From contig CAYZYP010000001.1 of NCBI GenBank assembly GCA_964482695.1, forward strand, positions 4,143-68,142: DNA of 64,000 bases, given 5' to 3'. Made by a program: the position numbers and the translations under genes. Of the stretch, positions 26,178 through 37,159 are shown piece after piece. The notes under the pieces were generated by a model. That model ran no database searches and was not told where the DNA came from. It saw nothing but the letters and a program-made list of their open reading frames with translations. The DNA comes from an uncultured Gammaproteobacteria bacterium. GTDB lineage: Bacteria > Patescibacteriota > Patescibacteriia > Magasanikbacterales > GWA2-37-8. How positions within the stretch are numbered: position 1 is the first letter of the stretch; the number at the start of each line of letters is the position of its first letter.

Positions 26178-27143
26178 ATGGTTAATTTATATAATTTTAA
26201 AAATAGGTCAGTCAACAGTCAGCCGCCAGAGACCAAAGAAGACAAAGCAAGCGAGGCGCCTAAAAAAATAACCGATTTTACTAAGTATGTAAAACCTGGG
26301 GGTGAGGGTTTGAGTGCCAAGGAATTAAAATGGGGTTTGTGGTTAAAAAAGCATGAAGTTTTATTGTATAAATTTTTGGTTGGTTTTCTGATTATTTTTA
26401 TCATTATTAATATTGTTTTTAGTTTTTGGCGTTGGGGTGTTTTTATAACGGGTATTTCTAAACAGCAAATTTTAGATAAGCAATTGTTAAGTTTTATTAA
26501 TTATAGTAGCGGCCATTCGTATTTTGGAGCTCAACCTTTGCAGATAATGGGCGTGCAAGTATTGGCTGGCGGAGTAAACAAATATGATATAATTGCCGAA
26601 GTATATAATCCAAATGATGACTTTATTACTTTTTTTAGTTATTATTTTACCGTAGGTAACGATAAAACCGTTTCCAAAAATACTTTTTTATTACCAGGAG
26701 AGGCCAGACCAGTAGCTATTTTGGGTATTGATAGTGGTACGGTTTTAAATTCTCCAACTTTGACCATAGAAAATTTACATTGGCAACGGGTATCTGCTCA
26801 CGAAATAAAAGATGCCAAGTCGTGGCAGGATTATCGTCTAGATTTTAAAATTAGCAGTACTACTTTTATGGCCGCGTCGGCAAAAACTGGCAGTGGTCCT
26901 GATGCAAATGTTATTCAATTTAAATTAACTAACAGCAGTCCGTATAATTACAAGGAGTCAGAATTTTATATTGGCTTGTATCAAGGAAGCAGTTTTGTTG
27001 GTTTACTGCCATTACGCTTGGATTCTTTTAAATCATTGGAAACAAAAGATATAGATGTTCGCAGTTTTGTTACTAATCTTAATATAAATAATGTTGTTAT
27101 TTATCCGCTAATAAATGTGTACAATAAGAATGTGTATTTTTGA
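26178..27143 (+). CDS. Hypothetical membrane-anchored protein (single TM)
   Basis: ORF with one hydrophobic segment; no motif recognised. Confidence 0.4.
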   Translation: MVNLYNFKNRSVNSQPPETKEDKASEAPKKITDFTKYVKPGGEGLSAKELKWGLWLKKHEVLLYKFLVGFLIIFIIINIVFSFWRWGVFITGISKQQILDKQLLSFINYSSGHSYFGAQPLQIMGVQVLAGGVNKYDIIAEVYNPNDDFITFFSYYFTVGNDKTVSKNTFLLPGEARPVAILGIDSGTVLNSPTLTIENLHWQRVSAHEIKDAKSWQDYRLDFKISSTTFMAASAKTGSGPDANVIQFKLTNSSPYNYKESEFYIGLYQGSSFVGLLPLRLDSFKSLETKDIDVRSFVTNLNINNVVIYPLINVYNKNVYF

Positions 27144-28252
27144 TATTTATTGTTGGTATGTCTATTTTTCGGCGTTTATCTCTTCGTAATTTTGATTGGC
27201 CGTTACTGGTTGCCGTAATTATGTTAATGGCGATAGGACTAGTGGCTATTTATAGTATTGACCTGTCGCGCGGCACAGAACTAACTTTTTTTAAAAAACA
27301 ATTAATTGCCGTGGCGATTGGCATGATTTTGGCATTAGTTATCAGTTTTTCGCAAAGTACTTTGTGGTACAATTTAGCAAAATGGTGGTTTTTCACCGTG
27401 ATAATACTTTTGGTTTTAGTTTTATTGTTTGGTAGTATTATTCGCGGTACTAGAGGTTGGTTTGAAGTGGCTGGTTTTACTTTTCAGCCAGTGGAAATCG
27501 CGAAATTAGGATTGATATTGATTTTGGCTTATATTATTTCTAATTTTGGCCGCCGTTTTGAACGGCCGCTTTTTTTTTATGGCACTGCTTTTGTTGCATT
27601 TTTGCCGGTAGCGTTGGTTTTGTTGCAACCCGATCTAGGGTCGGCGATTTTGTTGGTTTGCATTTGGTTTGGTTTAATGTGGCTAATAGGCGCTAGGCGT
27701 TTGTTTATAGCCACTTTTATTTTGTTTATAGTAGCGGCTTCTTTTGTCGGTTGGCGTTTCTTTTTAAAAGATTATCAAAAAAATAGGCTGATAACTTTTA
27801 TTGATCCTAGCCGCGATCCTTTGAAAGAGGGTTATAATGTTAATCAATCAATTATCGCCGTGGGAGCAGGAAAATTATTTGGTCGTGGTTTGGGTTTTGG
27901 TTCACAAAGCCAGCTTAAATTTTTGCCAGAAGCGCAGACAGATTTTATTTTCGCGGTAATTGGCGAGGAGTTGGGATTAGCGGGCGCGATGGCCTTGTTG
28001 ACATTGTTCGGAATTATTTTTTGGCGGTTGATTTTAATGATTAAGCGGTCTACAGACGATTTTATATCAATTACCGCTAGTGGCTCGTTGATTTTATTTT
28101 TTGCCCAATTTTTTACCAATATTGGCGCTTGTTTAGGGTTGTCGCCTATTACCGGAGTGACCTTGCCTTTTGTAAGTTATGGCGGCTCGTCTTTGGTTGC
28201 CAATTTAATATTAGTAGGCATTTTAGAAAGTATGGCTAGAAAACAGCTCTAA
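27140..28252 (+). CDS. SEDS-family peptidoglycan glycosyltransferase (FtsW/RodA)
   Basis: 10 TM; QPVEIAKLGLILILAY, LPEAQTDFIFAVIGEELG. Confidence 0.8.
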   Translation: MIFIVGMSIFRRLSLRNFDWPLLVAVIMLMAIGLVAIYSIDLSRGTELTFFKKQLIAVAIGMILALVISFSQSTLWYNLAKWWFFTVIILLVLVLLFGSIIRGTRGWFEVAGFTFQPVEIAKLGLILILAYIISNFGRRFERPLFFYGTAFVAFLPVALVLLQPDLGSAILLVCIWFGLMWLIGARRLFIATFILFIVAASFVGWRFFLKDYQKNRLITFIDPSRDPLKEGYNVNQSIIAVGAGKLFGRGLGFGSQSQLKFLPEAQTDFIFAVIGEELGLAGAMALLTLFGIIFWRLILMIKRSTDDFISITASGSLILFFAQFFTNIGACLGLSPITGVTLPFVSYGGSSLVANLILVGILESMARKQL

Positions 28253-28319
28253 TATTACATATACTCTTGACAATATGTGGAAAATCAATTAATATCTTCT
28301 TATCTTTAAAAAAAGGTTT

Positions 28320-28649
28320 ATGTTGGCAAAGGGCGAAGAAAAGCAGCCAGAATCTTGGCGGCAAGGCTTAAAACTAATCAATCAGTGCCCGGTATGTGGG
28401 AGCGATTTTAATAAAAAAATCGCTAAATTTTTTGGTAAAGGAAAAGGATCACAGTTGGTGCATATTACTTGTGTTAAGTGTAAAGGAAATTTTGTAGCCA
28501 ATATTATGATATTTAACAAAGGGGTAAGTACTATTGGTATGATAACAGATCTAAGTTTTGAAGATGTTAAAAAATTACACAACAGCGCGCCAATAGAAGT
28601 AGATGAGGCGATTGAAGGTTATAAAAGATTATTTATTGATGGAAAATAA
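28320..28649 (+). CDS. Hypothetical zinc-ribbon protein
   Basis: CPVCGS...CVKCKG pair; own TTGACA-17-TAATAT promoter at ~28269-28297. Confidence 0.4.
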   Translation: MLAKGEEKQPESWRQGLKLINQCPVCGSDFNKKIAKFFGKGKGSQLVHITCVKCKGNFVANIMIFNKGVSTIGMITDLSFEDVKKLHNSAPIEVDEAIEGYKRLFIDGK

Positions 28650-28730
28650 GGAAAAATAGTTTGTAGAATTATAAAGTTATAAAATTATTAAAATATTTTT
28701 TAACTTTATAATTTTATAACTAATAATAGT

Positions 28731-29447
28731 ATGGATTATAATTTAAAATCACAAAAACGCGAAGAAAAAGGAGAAAAGGTACGTAGCAAACAAATAGTGC
28801 CAGCGATTGTTTATGGCGCCAATGGTAAAAATATTTCATTGTCTCTAGACAGAGATGAATTTAATAAATTATATAAACAAGCAGGCGAATCTAGCTTGAT
28901 TGATTTGTTTGTAGGCGAGCAAAAAGAAGGAAAAGTTCTTATTCAAGCTGTGCAGTACGACCCAGTAACAGATAGAGTTACGCACGTTGATTTGCGTCGT
29001 ATAGACATGAATAAAGAAATTATAACAGATATTTCATTGCAACTTATCAGTGAAGCGCCAATTATCAAGGAGCAGGGCGGTACTTTAGTGAAAAACATTG
29101 ATCAAGTTAAAGTAAAATGTTTGCCTGGAGCGTTGGTTTCGGCAATCACCGTTGATCTATCAGTAATTAAGAGTTTTACCGATGTGATTAAAGTAAAAAA
29201 TTTAATTTTACCACCAGGTATAACTATTATCAGCCCAAGTGGCGACGATGTAATAGCCAAAGCTATCCCAGCTTTAACCGAAGAAGAAATTAAAGCCATG
29301 GAAGCAAAGGGTGCGGCAGATATCGCGAAAATTGAAGTTGCTGGCGCCAAAGAAGAAGTTGTCGAAGGCGAAGAAGCTACTGGCGATGGCAAGAAAGAAG
29401 AGAAAAAAGATGAAAAGAAAGAAGATAAGAAAGATGAAAAGAAATAA
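28731..29447 (+). CDS. rplY: 50S ribosomal protein L25 (Ctc form) with K/E-rich tail
   Basis: SQKREEKGEKVRSKQIVPAIVYGA... Confidence 0.8.
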   Translation: MDYNLKSQKREEKGEKVRSKQIVPAIVYGANGKNISLSLDRDEFNKLYKQAGESSLIDLFVGEQKEGKVLIQAVQYDPVTDRVTHVDLRRIDMNKEIITDISLQLISEAPIIKEQGGTLVKNIDQVKVKCLPGALVSAITVDLSVIKSFTDVIKVKNLILPPGITIISPSGDDVIAKAIPALTEEEIKAMEAKGAADIAKIEVAGAKEEVVEGEEATGDGKKEEKKDEKKEDKKDEKK

Positions 29448-29462
29448 AATTTTAAAAAACAC

Positions 29463-29495
29463 ACATCCCGATTTCCAGTCGGGATGTTTTCTTTA
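29463..29495 (+). terminator. Rho-independent terminator after rplY
   Basis: acatcccgatttccagtcgggatgt hairpin + tttcttt. Confidence 0.6.
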
Positions 29496-29508
29496 GGGAC
29501 TATTTGTT

Positions 29509-30570
29509 TTGATTATGGATTTCCAATTTTTAAAATATCTTGAGGATAAAAAATTTTTAATACCTTTTTTCTTATTTGTTAGTTTTTTGTTTTTATTAGC
29601 AATTAGCTACTGGTCGTATGTTTACTTTACGACCAATAAGTTTTTTTTACAGTTTAATAATAATTTGTCTAATAAACAGCCTGTTTATTTTTCTCAATTA
29701 GACGGCAGTTTGGTCACAAGTAAACAAGACCAAATACCAGAAATAGTTGGTATAATGATTGATAATCATCCAGACGCCAGGCCACAGAGCGGTTTATCAG
29801 AGGCAAGCGTGGTGTATGAAGCTTTGGTAGAAGGAGGCATGACTAGATATTTAGCGATTTACAATAAAGAACAAGTAGTAGAAAAAGTTGGCCCGGTGCG
29901 TAGCGCCAGACCATATTATATTGATTTTTTAGGAGAGTACGGACATCCAGTGTATATGTTTTGTGGCGGTTCACCACAGGCTTTGGAAGACGTAAAAAGC
30001 GTTAATTTGTTGGCTGGCAATGAAATTTATTTTGGCAGTTATTATTGGCGAGATAATGCGCTTGTCTCGCCGCATAATTTATTTACCAGCAGCAGCTTGT
30101 GGAAAAAATTATCTAGTAATTTTAATAAAAATAGCACTTCTTCTGTTTGGTCTGGTTGGCAATTTAGTAACAGTGTCACTTCCAGCAAAGATATTAAAGA
30201 TATTATTCTGTCTTTTTCATACTATTATGAAGTAGAATGGAAATACAATGAAAACAAAAATAATTACGAACGTTATATTGATAATGTTCAGCAGAAAGAT
30301 AGCGCAGGCATGGTTCTTACCGCCGATAATATATTAATACAATTTGCGCCCGTTCAATTATTAGATGAAGTTGGTCGTTTACAAATTGATACCAGCGGCG
30401 GCGGCGAAGCTAGGGTGTTAAGAAAGGGTGGCATGATATATGGCGCGTGGAAGAAAGAAAATAGCCGCACTAGATTTTATGATAAAGAAGGCCAGGAAAT
30501 ATTTTTGGTTCCAGGGAAAACTTGGGTTGAAGTATTGCCGGCAAATGCAATAATTAAAGTATCTAATTAA
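29509..30570 (+). CDS. DUF3048 (YerB-like) domain protein, membrane anchored
   Basis: IMIDNHPDARPQSGLSEASVVYEALVEGGMTRYLAIY resembles DUF3048 core. Confidence 0.55.
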   Translation: MIMDFQFLKYLEDKKFLIPFFLFVSFLFLLAISYWSYVYFTTNKFFLQFNNNLSNKQPVYFSQLDGSLVTSKQDQIPEIVGIMIDNHPDARPQSGLSEASVVYEALVEGGMTRYLAIYNKEQVVEKVGPVRSARPYYIDFLGEYGHPVYMFCGGSPQALEDVKSVNLLAGNEIYFGSYYWRDNALVSPHNLFTSSSLWKKLSSNFNKNSTSSVWSGWQFSNSVTSSKDIKDIILSFSYYYEVEWKYNENKNNYERYIDNVQQKDSAGMVLTADNILIQFAPVQLLDEVGRLQIDTSGGGEARVLRKGGMIYGAWKKENSRTRFYDKEGQEIFLVPGKTWVEVLPANAIIKVSN

Positions 30571-31534
30571 ACAGGCTTATAATAACTATCCGATCTTGTC
30601 CGGCAAGATCTTTTTTTATTTTTACACTAGCCTTTGGAAGTAGGCCGTTAATTATTTTGGTTATTTTTTCAGTTTGACTAGGGTCTATTTCTAATAATAC
30701 CGTAACATTATAATATTTGATATTAGATATCAGATATTGGATTTGTTTTATCAGTTTTTTGTATAAAGATAACCCGTCATTTTTATCGGCGATAAGAGCC
30801 TGGCGTGGTTCATGCTGAATAGTTGGTGAAAAAGCGAATTGTTGGCCAGTGAGATAAGGGAGATTGGCGGTGATTATGTAATTTACGATTGCAGACCTGC
30901 CCGCCAGATGGCAGGCGGGTTGCAGATTTAAGATTTTTTCCATTGGTTGTAATAAGTCTCCATGCAAGAATTGAATTTTTGTATTATGTTTTTGAGCGTT
31001 TGTTTTAGCAACGCGTAAAGCCGGGTGCGAAACATCAATAGCATAGGCAACTATTTGTTTGTTTGTTGCTTTGTCCAGTGGTTTATTAATTGAAATAGGA
31101 ATACACCCCGATCCAGTGCCCACGTCAATAATCGCTAGTTTGTTAATCGCTAGTTGTTCACTATTAATTTGTTTAACAACCTCTTCTACCATTAGCTCTG
31201 TTTCTGGCCTGGGAATAAGCACATGCTTATTAATATAAAAGTCCAAGCCGCAGAATTCTTTGTGTTTGGTAATATAGGCTACGGGCCAGCCTTTTTTAAA
31301 CAGACGCAGATAATAAAAAAAGCGTAATTTTACTAACAAGCCTAATTTATATTCCGGGTGAGAATAGATAAATTCTTTTGATTTATTAATGGCGCGTGCG
31401 AGAAGAATAATTGCGTCCAATTGTTTATTGGGGTTAGATATATTTAAATTTTTAAGGGCGTCTTTTATAATCATAAACTTTAAATCCCGAACTCTAATTA
31501 GTTGTTTTTTTAGTGTAGAGCAAAAGTCCATCAA
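30563..31534 (-). CDS. prmC: Release factor glutamine N5-methyltransferase PrmC (HemK)-like
   Basis: GWPVAYITKHKEFCGLDFYINKHVLIPRPETE, VGTGSGCI, N(L)PY motif. Confidence 0.65.
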   Translation of the reverse strand: MMDFCSTLKKQLIRVRDLKFMIIKDALKNLNISNPNKQLDAIILLARAINKSKEFIYSHPEYKLGLLVKLRFFYYLRLFKKGWPVAYITKHKEFCGLDFYINKHVLIPRPETELMVEEVVKQINSEQLAINKLAIIDVGTGSGCIPISINKPLDKATNKQIVAYAIDVSHPALRVAKTNAQKHNTKIQFLHGDLLQPMEKILNLQPACHLAGRSAIVNYIITANLPYLTGQQFAFSPTIQHEPRQALIADKNDGLSLYKKLIKQIQYLISNIKYYNVTVLLEIDPSQTEKITKIINGLLPKASVKIKKDLAGQDRIVIISLFN

Positions 31535-32981
31535 GTTCCGGTATACATAGCGGGTAGATAGTTTTTAGTCGCCAGCCTTGTTTTTCTAAAATTTTTGGCA
31601 CATGTACGCCAACATAGTCGTTGTTTAAAATTAAGATTTCGTCATAATTGTCTAGTTGGTTATTTTTAATCCAAGCTTCAACTTCTTTATCTTCGTGTTT
31701 AAAGCGAATAAAATTTCTTTTGATAATGGCTTCATCCCAATCGGTTTCTTTTTCTTGAAAGTAAGGCAGTGCCACCAGGGATTGATTATAATACCTGTCT
31801 ATTAAAGGTTTAAAGATAAAACTATTATAAATAAAAATTTGTTTTTTATTTTTGTTAATATTTTGACCGACATATTTATTAATATCGCCCCAATTATTAA
31901 CTGGTAAATTGACGAAAAAAAGGGAAAATAGTCCTGGCAGTAAAGCAATCAAGATGCTTAAATAAGTTAAAGGGGGGAGTTTATTGGTAAAATAAACAAT
32001 AGAATAGGCGCTAAGTAAAGTTATAAAAGGCAAGGCAACAATAATAAATTTAATACTCCAGATTTGTAAACAAGCGGCTATTATAATAGGCAAGAAAACA
32101 AACAATAATAAATAAAAAAAGTTTTTGTCTGCGTGATTGTTGTTTTTTTGTTTAATTAATATCAAAATTATTGATAGGAGTAAAATAATGAAAAAAAGCA
32201 AACTAGTTTGCCAGAAGATAGGCCCAAAAATTAATAATTGCACTGTTTTAACAATAACCTCTAGATTGTATGGAATGTTAAAAAACCAAGCCCCATGAGC
32301 GACGTCGGAATTTAGTTTATTACCTATAGCTGGTATGGCCCAGATTAGCCAAATCAGAAAAGGCAGGATGTTTATTTTTAAATATTTTTTGATTTCGGTT
32401 TTTTCATTTAGCAATATTATAAGCAGTTGCGTTATAAAGATATAACACGATGTCAGGTGGGTAAAGAGTAATAATGTATTAACAAAGGCGAAAATAATAG
32501 CATTTTTTTTGTTATTCTGTTTTTTAACAAAAATTTTAAAAAAATAATCAACCGAAATAATAGTTAACATTAAAAATAGGCTATAACCTCTAGCAGTGGC
32601 CGAAGTTAATATGTGGTATGGGTGCAGAGCTAGCATTAGGCCAGCGATTAGGGCGATTTTTGGATTAAAAATTCTTTTGCTAAAATTATACAAAAAATAA
32701 ACGCTTAAAGAACCAAAAATTAGGCTTGGTATTCGCGCCCAAAATTCGTTGGCTGGGAAAATATAAAACCATAATTTTAAAATAAACATGTGTAGCGGCG
32801 GGTTTGTTTCCCATGTCCAATATTTTAGGCTTAAACCCCACGGTTTTTGGCTGTAAATAAAACTAAATATTTCATCAAACCAAAAATCGCCGTATTTGAT
32901 AATGGTGATGTATCGAAGAATGACACCAACAGCAATAATGATTATTAGAGGTAAATATTTTTTATAACGCGTGATATTCAT
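31494..32981 (-). CDS. GT-C superfamily glycosyltransferase (ArnT/PMT-like, GT39/83-like)
   Basis: ~12 TM, early FDEIFSF (DE motif) in first loop. Confidence 0.5.
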   Translation of the reverse strand: MNITRYKKYLPLIIIIAVGVILRYITIIKYGDFWFDEIFSFIYSQKPWGLSLKYWTWETNPPLHMFILKLWFYIFPANEFWARIPSLIFGSLSVYFLYNFSKRIFNPKIALIAGLMLALHPYHILTSATARGYSLFLMLTIISVDYFFKIFVKKQNNKKNAIIFAFVNTLLLFTHLTSCYIFITQLLIILLNEKTEIKKYLKINILPFLIWLIWAIPAIGNKLNSDVAHGAWFFNIPYNLEVIVKTVQLLIFGPIFWQTSLLFFIILLLSIILILIKQKNNNHADKNFFYLLLFVFLPIIIAACLQIWSIKFIIVALPFITLLSAYSIVYFTNKLPPLTYLSILIALLPGLFSLFFVNLPVNNWGDINKYVGQNINKNKKQIFIYNSFIFKPLIDRYYNQSLVALPYFQEKETDWDEAIIKRNFIRFKHEDKEVEAWIKNNQLDNYDEILILNNDYVGVHVPKILEKQGWRLKTIYPLCIPELDGLLLYTKKTTN

Positions 32982-34414
32982 TTTTTAATTTTTCTAAATA
33001 ATAATACCTTATTTTGATCATAAATTAGCTCAAATTCATTTGTTTTTTTTATTTTTTCAATTTCTTGCAAATATTCTGGATAGAGCAAAGGCAGTACGCG
33101 GTGACAATTGGTGTTTAAAAATATATAATCGCTTTTTGGCCAATTTATTGGAAATTCATAGATTTGCGCGCGGCTCGCGACGCGTGGAACCAGAGTATTG
33201 TCGGCTGTTACCGAGGCGTTACGCGGTATTAACGCCATGGCTTTAATGATGTCCGGTCGTTCTTGGCGAAAATAATGTTTAGCGGTAAAAATTTTGGTTA
33301 AATTTCCGCCTTCGTTAAACGGCACCGCTAACATTAAAATAAAGTTTATTAGAATTATGAGTGTTAAAATAAAATAGGTAGAAATAAAACGTAAACGTTG
33401 TAGAACCAGAGGAACGCCTATGGCCACGATAACAGAAAATTCTACCGAGTATTGGTATTGTGTGCCCCAATAATTCATATTTTGCGCTAAAAATTTCTGG
33501 GCAAAAAGTGGTACGAGTAAAATAGCTAGTCGTGGGTAAAAGAAAACTAAAAATCCTCCGGAAGTTAAAAAGAAATTCCATGTTAATAATTTAAGCGGAT
33601 GGTTAAAAGAAGCAGTGATAATTTCCATCGGCCGACTTAAAATATTTAGTAATGCCTCTAGCGGCCCATTGCCGTATTGCTGGTAATTGCCCCAAAAAGC
33701 GTAAGAATTTTGCAGAAAGAATGGTATCACTATTTTAATGACTAACAAGAAATAGATTAAACTAATAGCTGCTGTGATGAGTCCGTGAAAACGCAGTTTG
33801 CCTTTTTCAAAAATAATTAAAGATAATCCTAAAAATAAGGCAATTAAAGATAAATTTTCTTTGGCCAACAAAAGAAAGCCGAGCAGAATATAATAGTAAG
33901 TTATTTTCTTTTTTTCCAAAGCGTACAATATCCACGGCAAGAACATAATGCCAACAACATTGTTGTGGTAATCATAAGCCAAAGCAGAATAGTTGCCGTA
34001 AAAAAAATAAAAAATAAGCAGTCCGCCAAAAGCCAATAAGATATCTTGCGTTTTAAGTTTGATAAATAAGTAGACTCCCAGGCCGCCAAGTAAAATAGCA
34101 ATAATTTGGAATATCAATAAGGTGTAAGAACCGAACAGCCAATAAAAAGGAGAGACAATAAGCATTAATATCGCGAAATGGTTGCCTAATAAGATTGGTA
34201 CCTCATAAATAGTATTTGGCGCGATAGTAAAGTGAGCATATTGATACACGGCTTGATTGTAGATGCCAAGATCCCAAGCTGTTGTTTGGAAATTGTAATG
34301 TGGTACTATAGAGACAATAGAGTATAAGATGGCGAAAAAAGTAATAATGACGGCAAGCCATTTACTTTCGTGAGCGGCAAAATGTTGTTTTACTGCTGTC
34401 AGTGAGTTGGTCAT
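32978..34414 (-). CDS. DUF2079-family polytopic membrane protein (putative GT-C-like)
   Basis: Many TM; N-terminal region HYNFQTTAWDLGIYNQAVYQ. Confidence 0.5.
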   Translation of the reverse strand: MTNSLTAVKQHFAAHESKWLAVIITFFAILYSIVSIVPHYNFQTTAWDLGIYNQAVYQYAHFTIAPNTIYEVPILLGNHFAILMLIVSPFYWLFGSYTLLIFQIIAILLGGLGVYLFIKLKTQDILLAFGGLLIFYFFYGNYSALAYDYHNNVVGIMFLPWILYALEKKKITYYYILLGFLLLAKENLSLIALFLGLSLIIFEKGKLRFHGLITAAISLIYFLLVIKIVIPFFLQNSYAFWGNYQQYGNGPLEALLNILSRPMEIITASFNHPLKLLTWNFFLTSGGFLVFFYPRLAILLVPLFAQKFLAQNMNYWGTQYQYSVEFSVIVAIGVPLVLQRLRFISTYFILTLIILINFILMLAVPFNEGGNLTKIFTAKHYFRQERPDIIKAMALIPRNASVTADNTLVPRVASRAQIYEFPINWPKSDYIFLNTNCHRVLPLLYPEYLQEIEKIKKTNEFELIYDQNKVLLFRKIKK

Positions 34415-34440
34415 AATGTTAAGTATAGGGTTAGTATTCT

Positions 34441-35193
34441 TTATTCCTCTGACCTATGTTTTTCTTCTTTTTTCAGGACGCATATTATCGAGACCCCACA
34501 AGGCAGTTTGATAAAATTTAGCGCCAGTGATTCTAGATAAAAGATAAATCCTAGTATTTTATTTAGATATTTATTTGGCATAAAGTCATCGGCCAGACCA
34601 AATTTTATATTGAATAAGTTTTTAAATAGTCTGTATATTAATATTGGTAGAAATAAAATAGCATTATAGTAACTAATAAATTCTATTTTTAAGCCGCTAT
34701 TTTTAAAAATTTGTTTTAATTTTCCAATTGTATAACGCCTTTTGTGCTGGAGCAGTGAATCGTGTTCTGACCATAAAAAATTAAAAGCCGGAATAGTTAT
34801 AACAACGAGCCCGTCTTTTTTTGTTAAGTCGTTTAATTTTTTAATTGAATCTTTCTCATTATCAATATGTTCTAAAACATCCAGCATGGTTATTAGATCA
34901 AATTTGTCGCTAATATTATCTTCGGGAAAACGACTTTTAAATATAGACAAAGAAGGAGAACGTCGTTTCGCGAATTTTATGGCTTCATCTGAAAATTCTA
35001 AACCACACACGTCAGTTGAAAATTGTTGTAGCCACACTAGGTTAAAGCCTGTTCCACAGCCAATATCTAGCGCTTTGACTATTTTTTTGTTTAAGAATTT
35101 TTTTAATAAATTTCCGATGATTAATCTTTTTCCGGCGTGCCACCAATGGAATTCTTCTACTTCTGACATTTGTTTATAAGCGCGTATATCCAT
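34441..35193 (-). CDS. Class I SAM-dependent methyltransferase
   Basis: ALDIGCGTGFN motif I. Confidence 0.6.
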   Translation of the reverse strand: MDIRAYKQMSEVEEFHWWHAGKRLIIGNLLKKFLNKKIVKALDIGCGTGFNLVWLQQFSTDVCGLEFSDEAIKFAKRRSPSLSIFKSRFPEDNISDKFDLITMLDVLEHIDNEKDSIKKLNDLTKKDGLVVITIPAFNFLWSEHDSLLQHKRRYTIGKLKQIFKNSGLKIEFISYYNAILFLPILIYRLFKNLFNIKFGLADDFMPNKYLNKILGFIFYLESLALNFIKLPCGVSIICVLKKEEKHRSEE

Positions 35194-35262
35194 ATTATTA
35201 AGAATGTTGAATAACTATTTTATATTCGTCATTTTAAAACAAAATTCGCCATGAGTTCATTA

Positions 35263-36006
35263 TTAACGATGACGTGCTAGCATCCTGATTAGATCATAGA
35301 TAGACAATAAGGCGTCTCTTACCACATTAACCCTAGTATCTCTATTGTCAGACCAGATGACGCCAACCTCTTTAAGCTGGTAGTTGTTTTTTTTTGCTAG
35401 AAATAAAATTTCCGCGTCAAATACCCAACGGTTTATCATGGCCATGGAAAATATTTTTATGGCTGCTTTTTTGGAAAAAATTTTAAAGCCACAATTAAAG
35501 TCTTTGATTTTTACTCCTGTGGCCAGTTGAGACAAAAAAATGTAAAATTCGCCCATTTTTTGTCGACACCATGGCTGTTTTTTAGCTAAAAAGCTGTCAC
35601 AGCCTCTTCTGGTGCCGATTATTATCGGCAGGTGTTGAGCTATGAAAGGCAGAAATTTTTTTAATTCATCGAGCGATGTTGACATATCGGCGTCAATATT
35701 TAAGATATAGTCGCCATTTGCCGCCAAAATGCCTGTTTTTATGGCAAAACCTTTGCCTTTATTTGGTTGATAGTTTATCAGTCTAATTTGTTGATCCGTT
35801 TGTGCATTAATAAAATTTTCTATTATTTTTTTCGTGTTATCGCTGCTGCCGTCGTCTATAAAAATAATTTCTGTTTTTAATTCAGTATTAGTGCGCCAGT
35901 ATTTTTTGATTTCCTGAAAGGTAATATCTAATCTTTTTTCTTCGTTGTAGACCGGTATGACAATTGATAAAAAAAGAGTATCCTTTATTTTTTCCTGAGT
36001 TGTCAT
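35263..36006 (-). CDS. GT2 glycosyltransferase (Dpm1/polyprenyl-phosphate sugar synthase-like)
   Basis: LSIVIPVYNEEKRL...FIDDGSSDNT, DAD motif. Confidence 0.7.
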   Translation of the reverse strand: MTTQEKIKDTLFLSIVIPVYNEEKRLDITFQEIKKYWRTNTELKTEIIFIDDGSSDNTKKIIENFINAQTDQQIRLINYQPNKGKGFAIKTGILAANGDYILNIDADMSTSLDELKKFLPFIAQHLPIIIGTRRGCDSFLAKKQPWCRQKMGEFYIFLSQLATGVKIKDFNCGFKIFSKKAAIKIFSMAMINRWVFDAEILFLAKKNNYQLKEVGVIWSDNRDTRVNVVRDALLSIYDLIRMLARHR

Positions 36007-36084
36007 AATTTTAGATCGTTATTTTATATTGTTAAATAATTAATATCCCTTGGCGCAAGAAATAACATTTACGCGCACTTTAAT

Positions 36085-37137
36085 TTATTCAACTTGATAA
36101 TCAGCTGTTTTTAAAGCCTCAATAATTGGTTCTAAATTGCCTTCTAAAACATTGCCAATATTATTCCAACTTTGGTGGATGCGGTGGTCGGTAATTCTGT
36201 CTTGAGGGAAGTTATAAGTACGAATTTTTTCACTGCGATCGCCAGAGCCAATCTGCGCTAGGCGTTTTTTTGTCATTTCTTTTTCTTGTTTCTCTTTTTC
36301 TAGCGCGTACAATCTGGCGCGCAAAACTGCCATGGCTTTTTCTCTGTTAGCGGTTTGCGAACGTTCGTCTTGACACTGCACGATAGTATTAGTTGGTATA
36401 TGAACTATACGAACAGCGGAGTAAGTGGTATTAACACTTTGTCCGCCATGCCCGCCAGCGCAAAAAGTATCAAGACGTAAGTCTTTTGCTTCTATTTTAA
36501 ATTCTGCTTCTTCTATCTCTGGTAAAATGGCCACAGTAACAGTAGAAGTGTGTACGCGGCCGGATTTTTCAGTATCTGGCACTCGTTGCACGCGGTGCAC
36601 GCCCATTTCATATTTTAAATCTTTATTAACATTCTTTCCTTTGATAGAAAAAATAATTTCTTTAAAACCGCCGATGCCAATTTGGTTTGAACTAAGAATA
36701 CGCGTTTTCCAATGTTTGTTTTCCGCGTAACGGCTGTACATGCGGAATAATTCAGCGGCGAACAAAGCCGATTCATCACCACCAGCGCCAGCCCTAATTT
36801 CGACTATAACATCTTTTTTGTCTAGCGGATCTTGCGGGCGATTCATTTCGGATAAAGTTTTTTCTAGATTTTCTTTTTTATCTTTTAATTCCTGTATTTC
36901 TATACTGGCTAATTCACGCATTTGTTCGTCGGTTTCTTTGTCGATAATAATTTGTGTTTCTACACTGGCCTCTTCTATTTTTTTTAATTCTTCAATTTTT
37001 TCTATAATCGGCTGTAATTCGTTGTATTCTTGACCGGTTATTTTTAATTTTTTCGGATCATTAATCACAGCCGGAGTTTGTAAGCTGTTTTCTAGTTCAA
37101 CAAATTTTTGTAATAATTGAGTGTATTTTTGTAGCAT
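36085..37137 (-). CDS. prfA: Peptide chain release factor 1
   Basis: GGQ motif [12 protein letters not shown], PxT-like region. Confidence 0.9.
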   Translation of the reverse strand: MLQKYTQLLQKFVELENSLQTPAVINDPKKLKITGQEYNELQPIIEKIEELKKIEEASVETQIIIDKETDEQMRELASIEIQELKDKKENLEKTLSEMNRPQDPLDKKDVIVEIRAGAGGDESALFAAELFRMYSRYAENKHWKTRILSSNQIGIGGFKEIIFSIKGKNVNKDLKYEMGVHRVQRVPDTEKSGRVHTSTVTVAILPEIEEAEFKIEAKDLRLDTFCAGGHGGQSVNTTYSAVRIVHIPTNTIVQCQDERSQTANREKAMAVLRARLYALEKEKQEKEMTKKRLAQIGSGDRSEKIRTYNFPQDRITDHRIHQSWNNIGNVLEGNLEPIIEALKTADYQVE

Positions 37138-37159
37138 ATCGTTTAGCCATGTTGTTTTA

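Noticed and set aside
28650-28730. AT-rich repeats (ttataaagttataaaatta...ctttataattttataac) upstream of rplY
   Set aside because: Low-complexity AT repeats in a promoter region. The arms are direct or imperfect rather than a defined element, and there is no second copy in the window.
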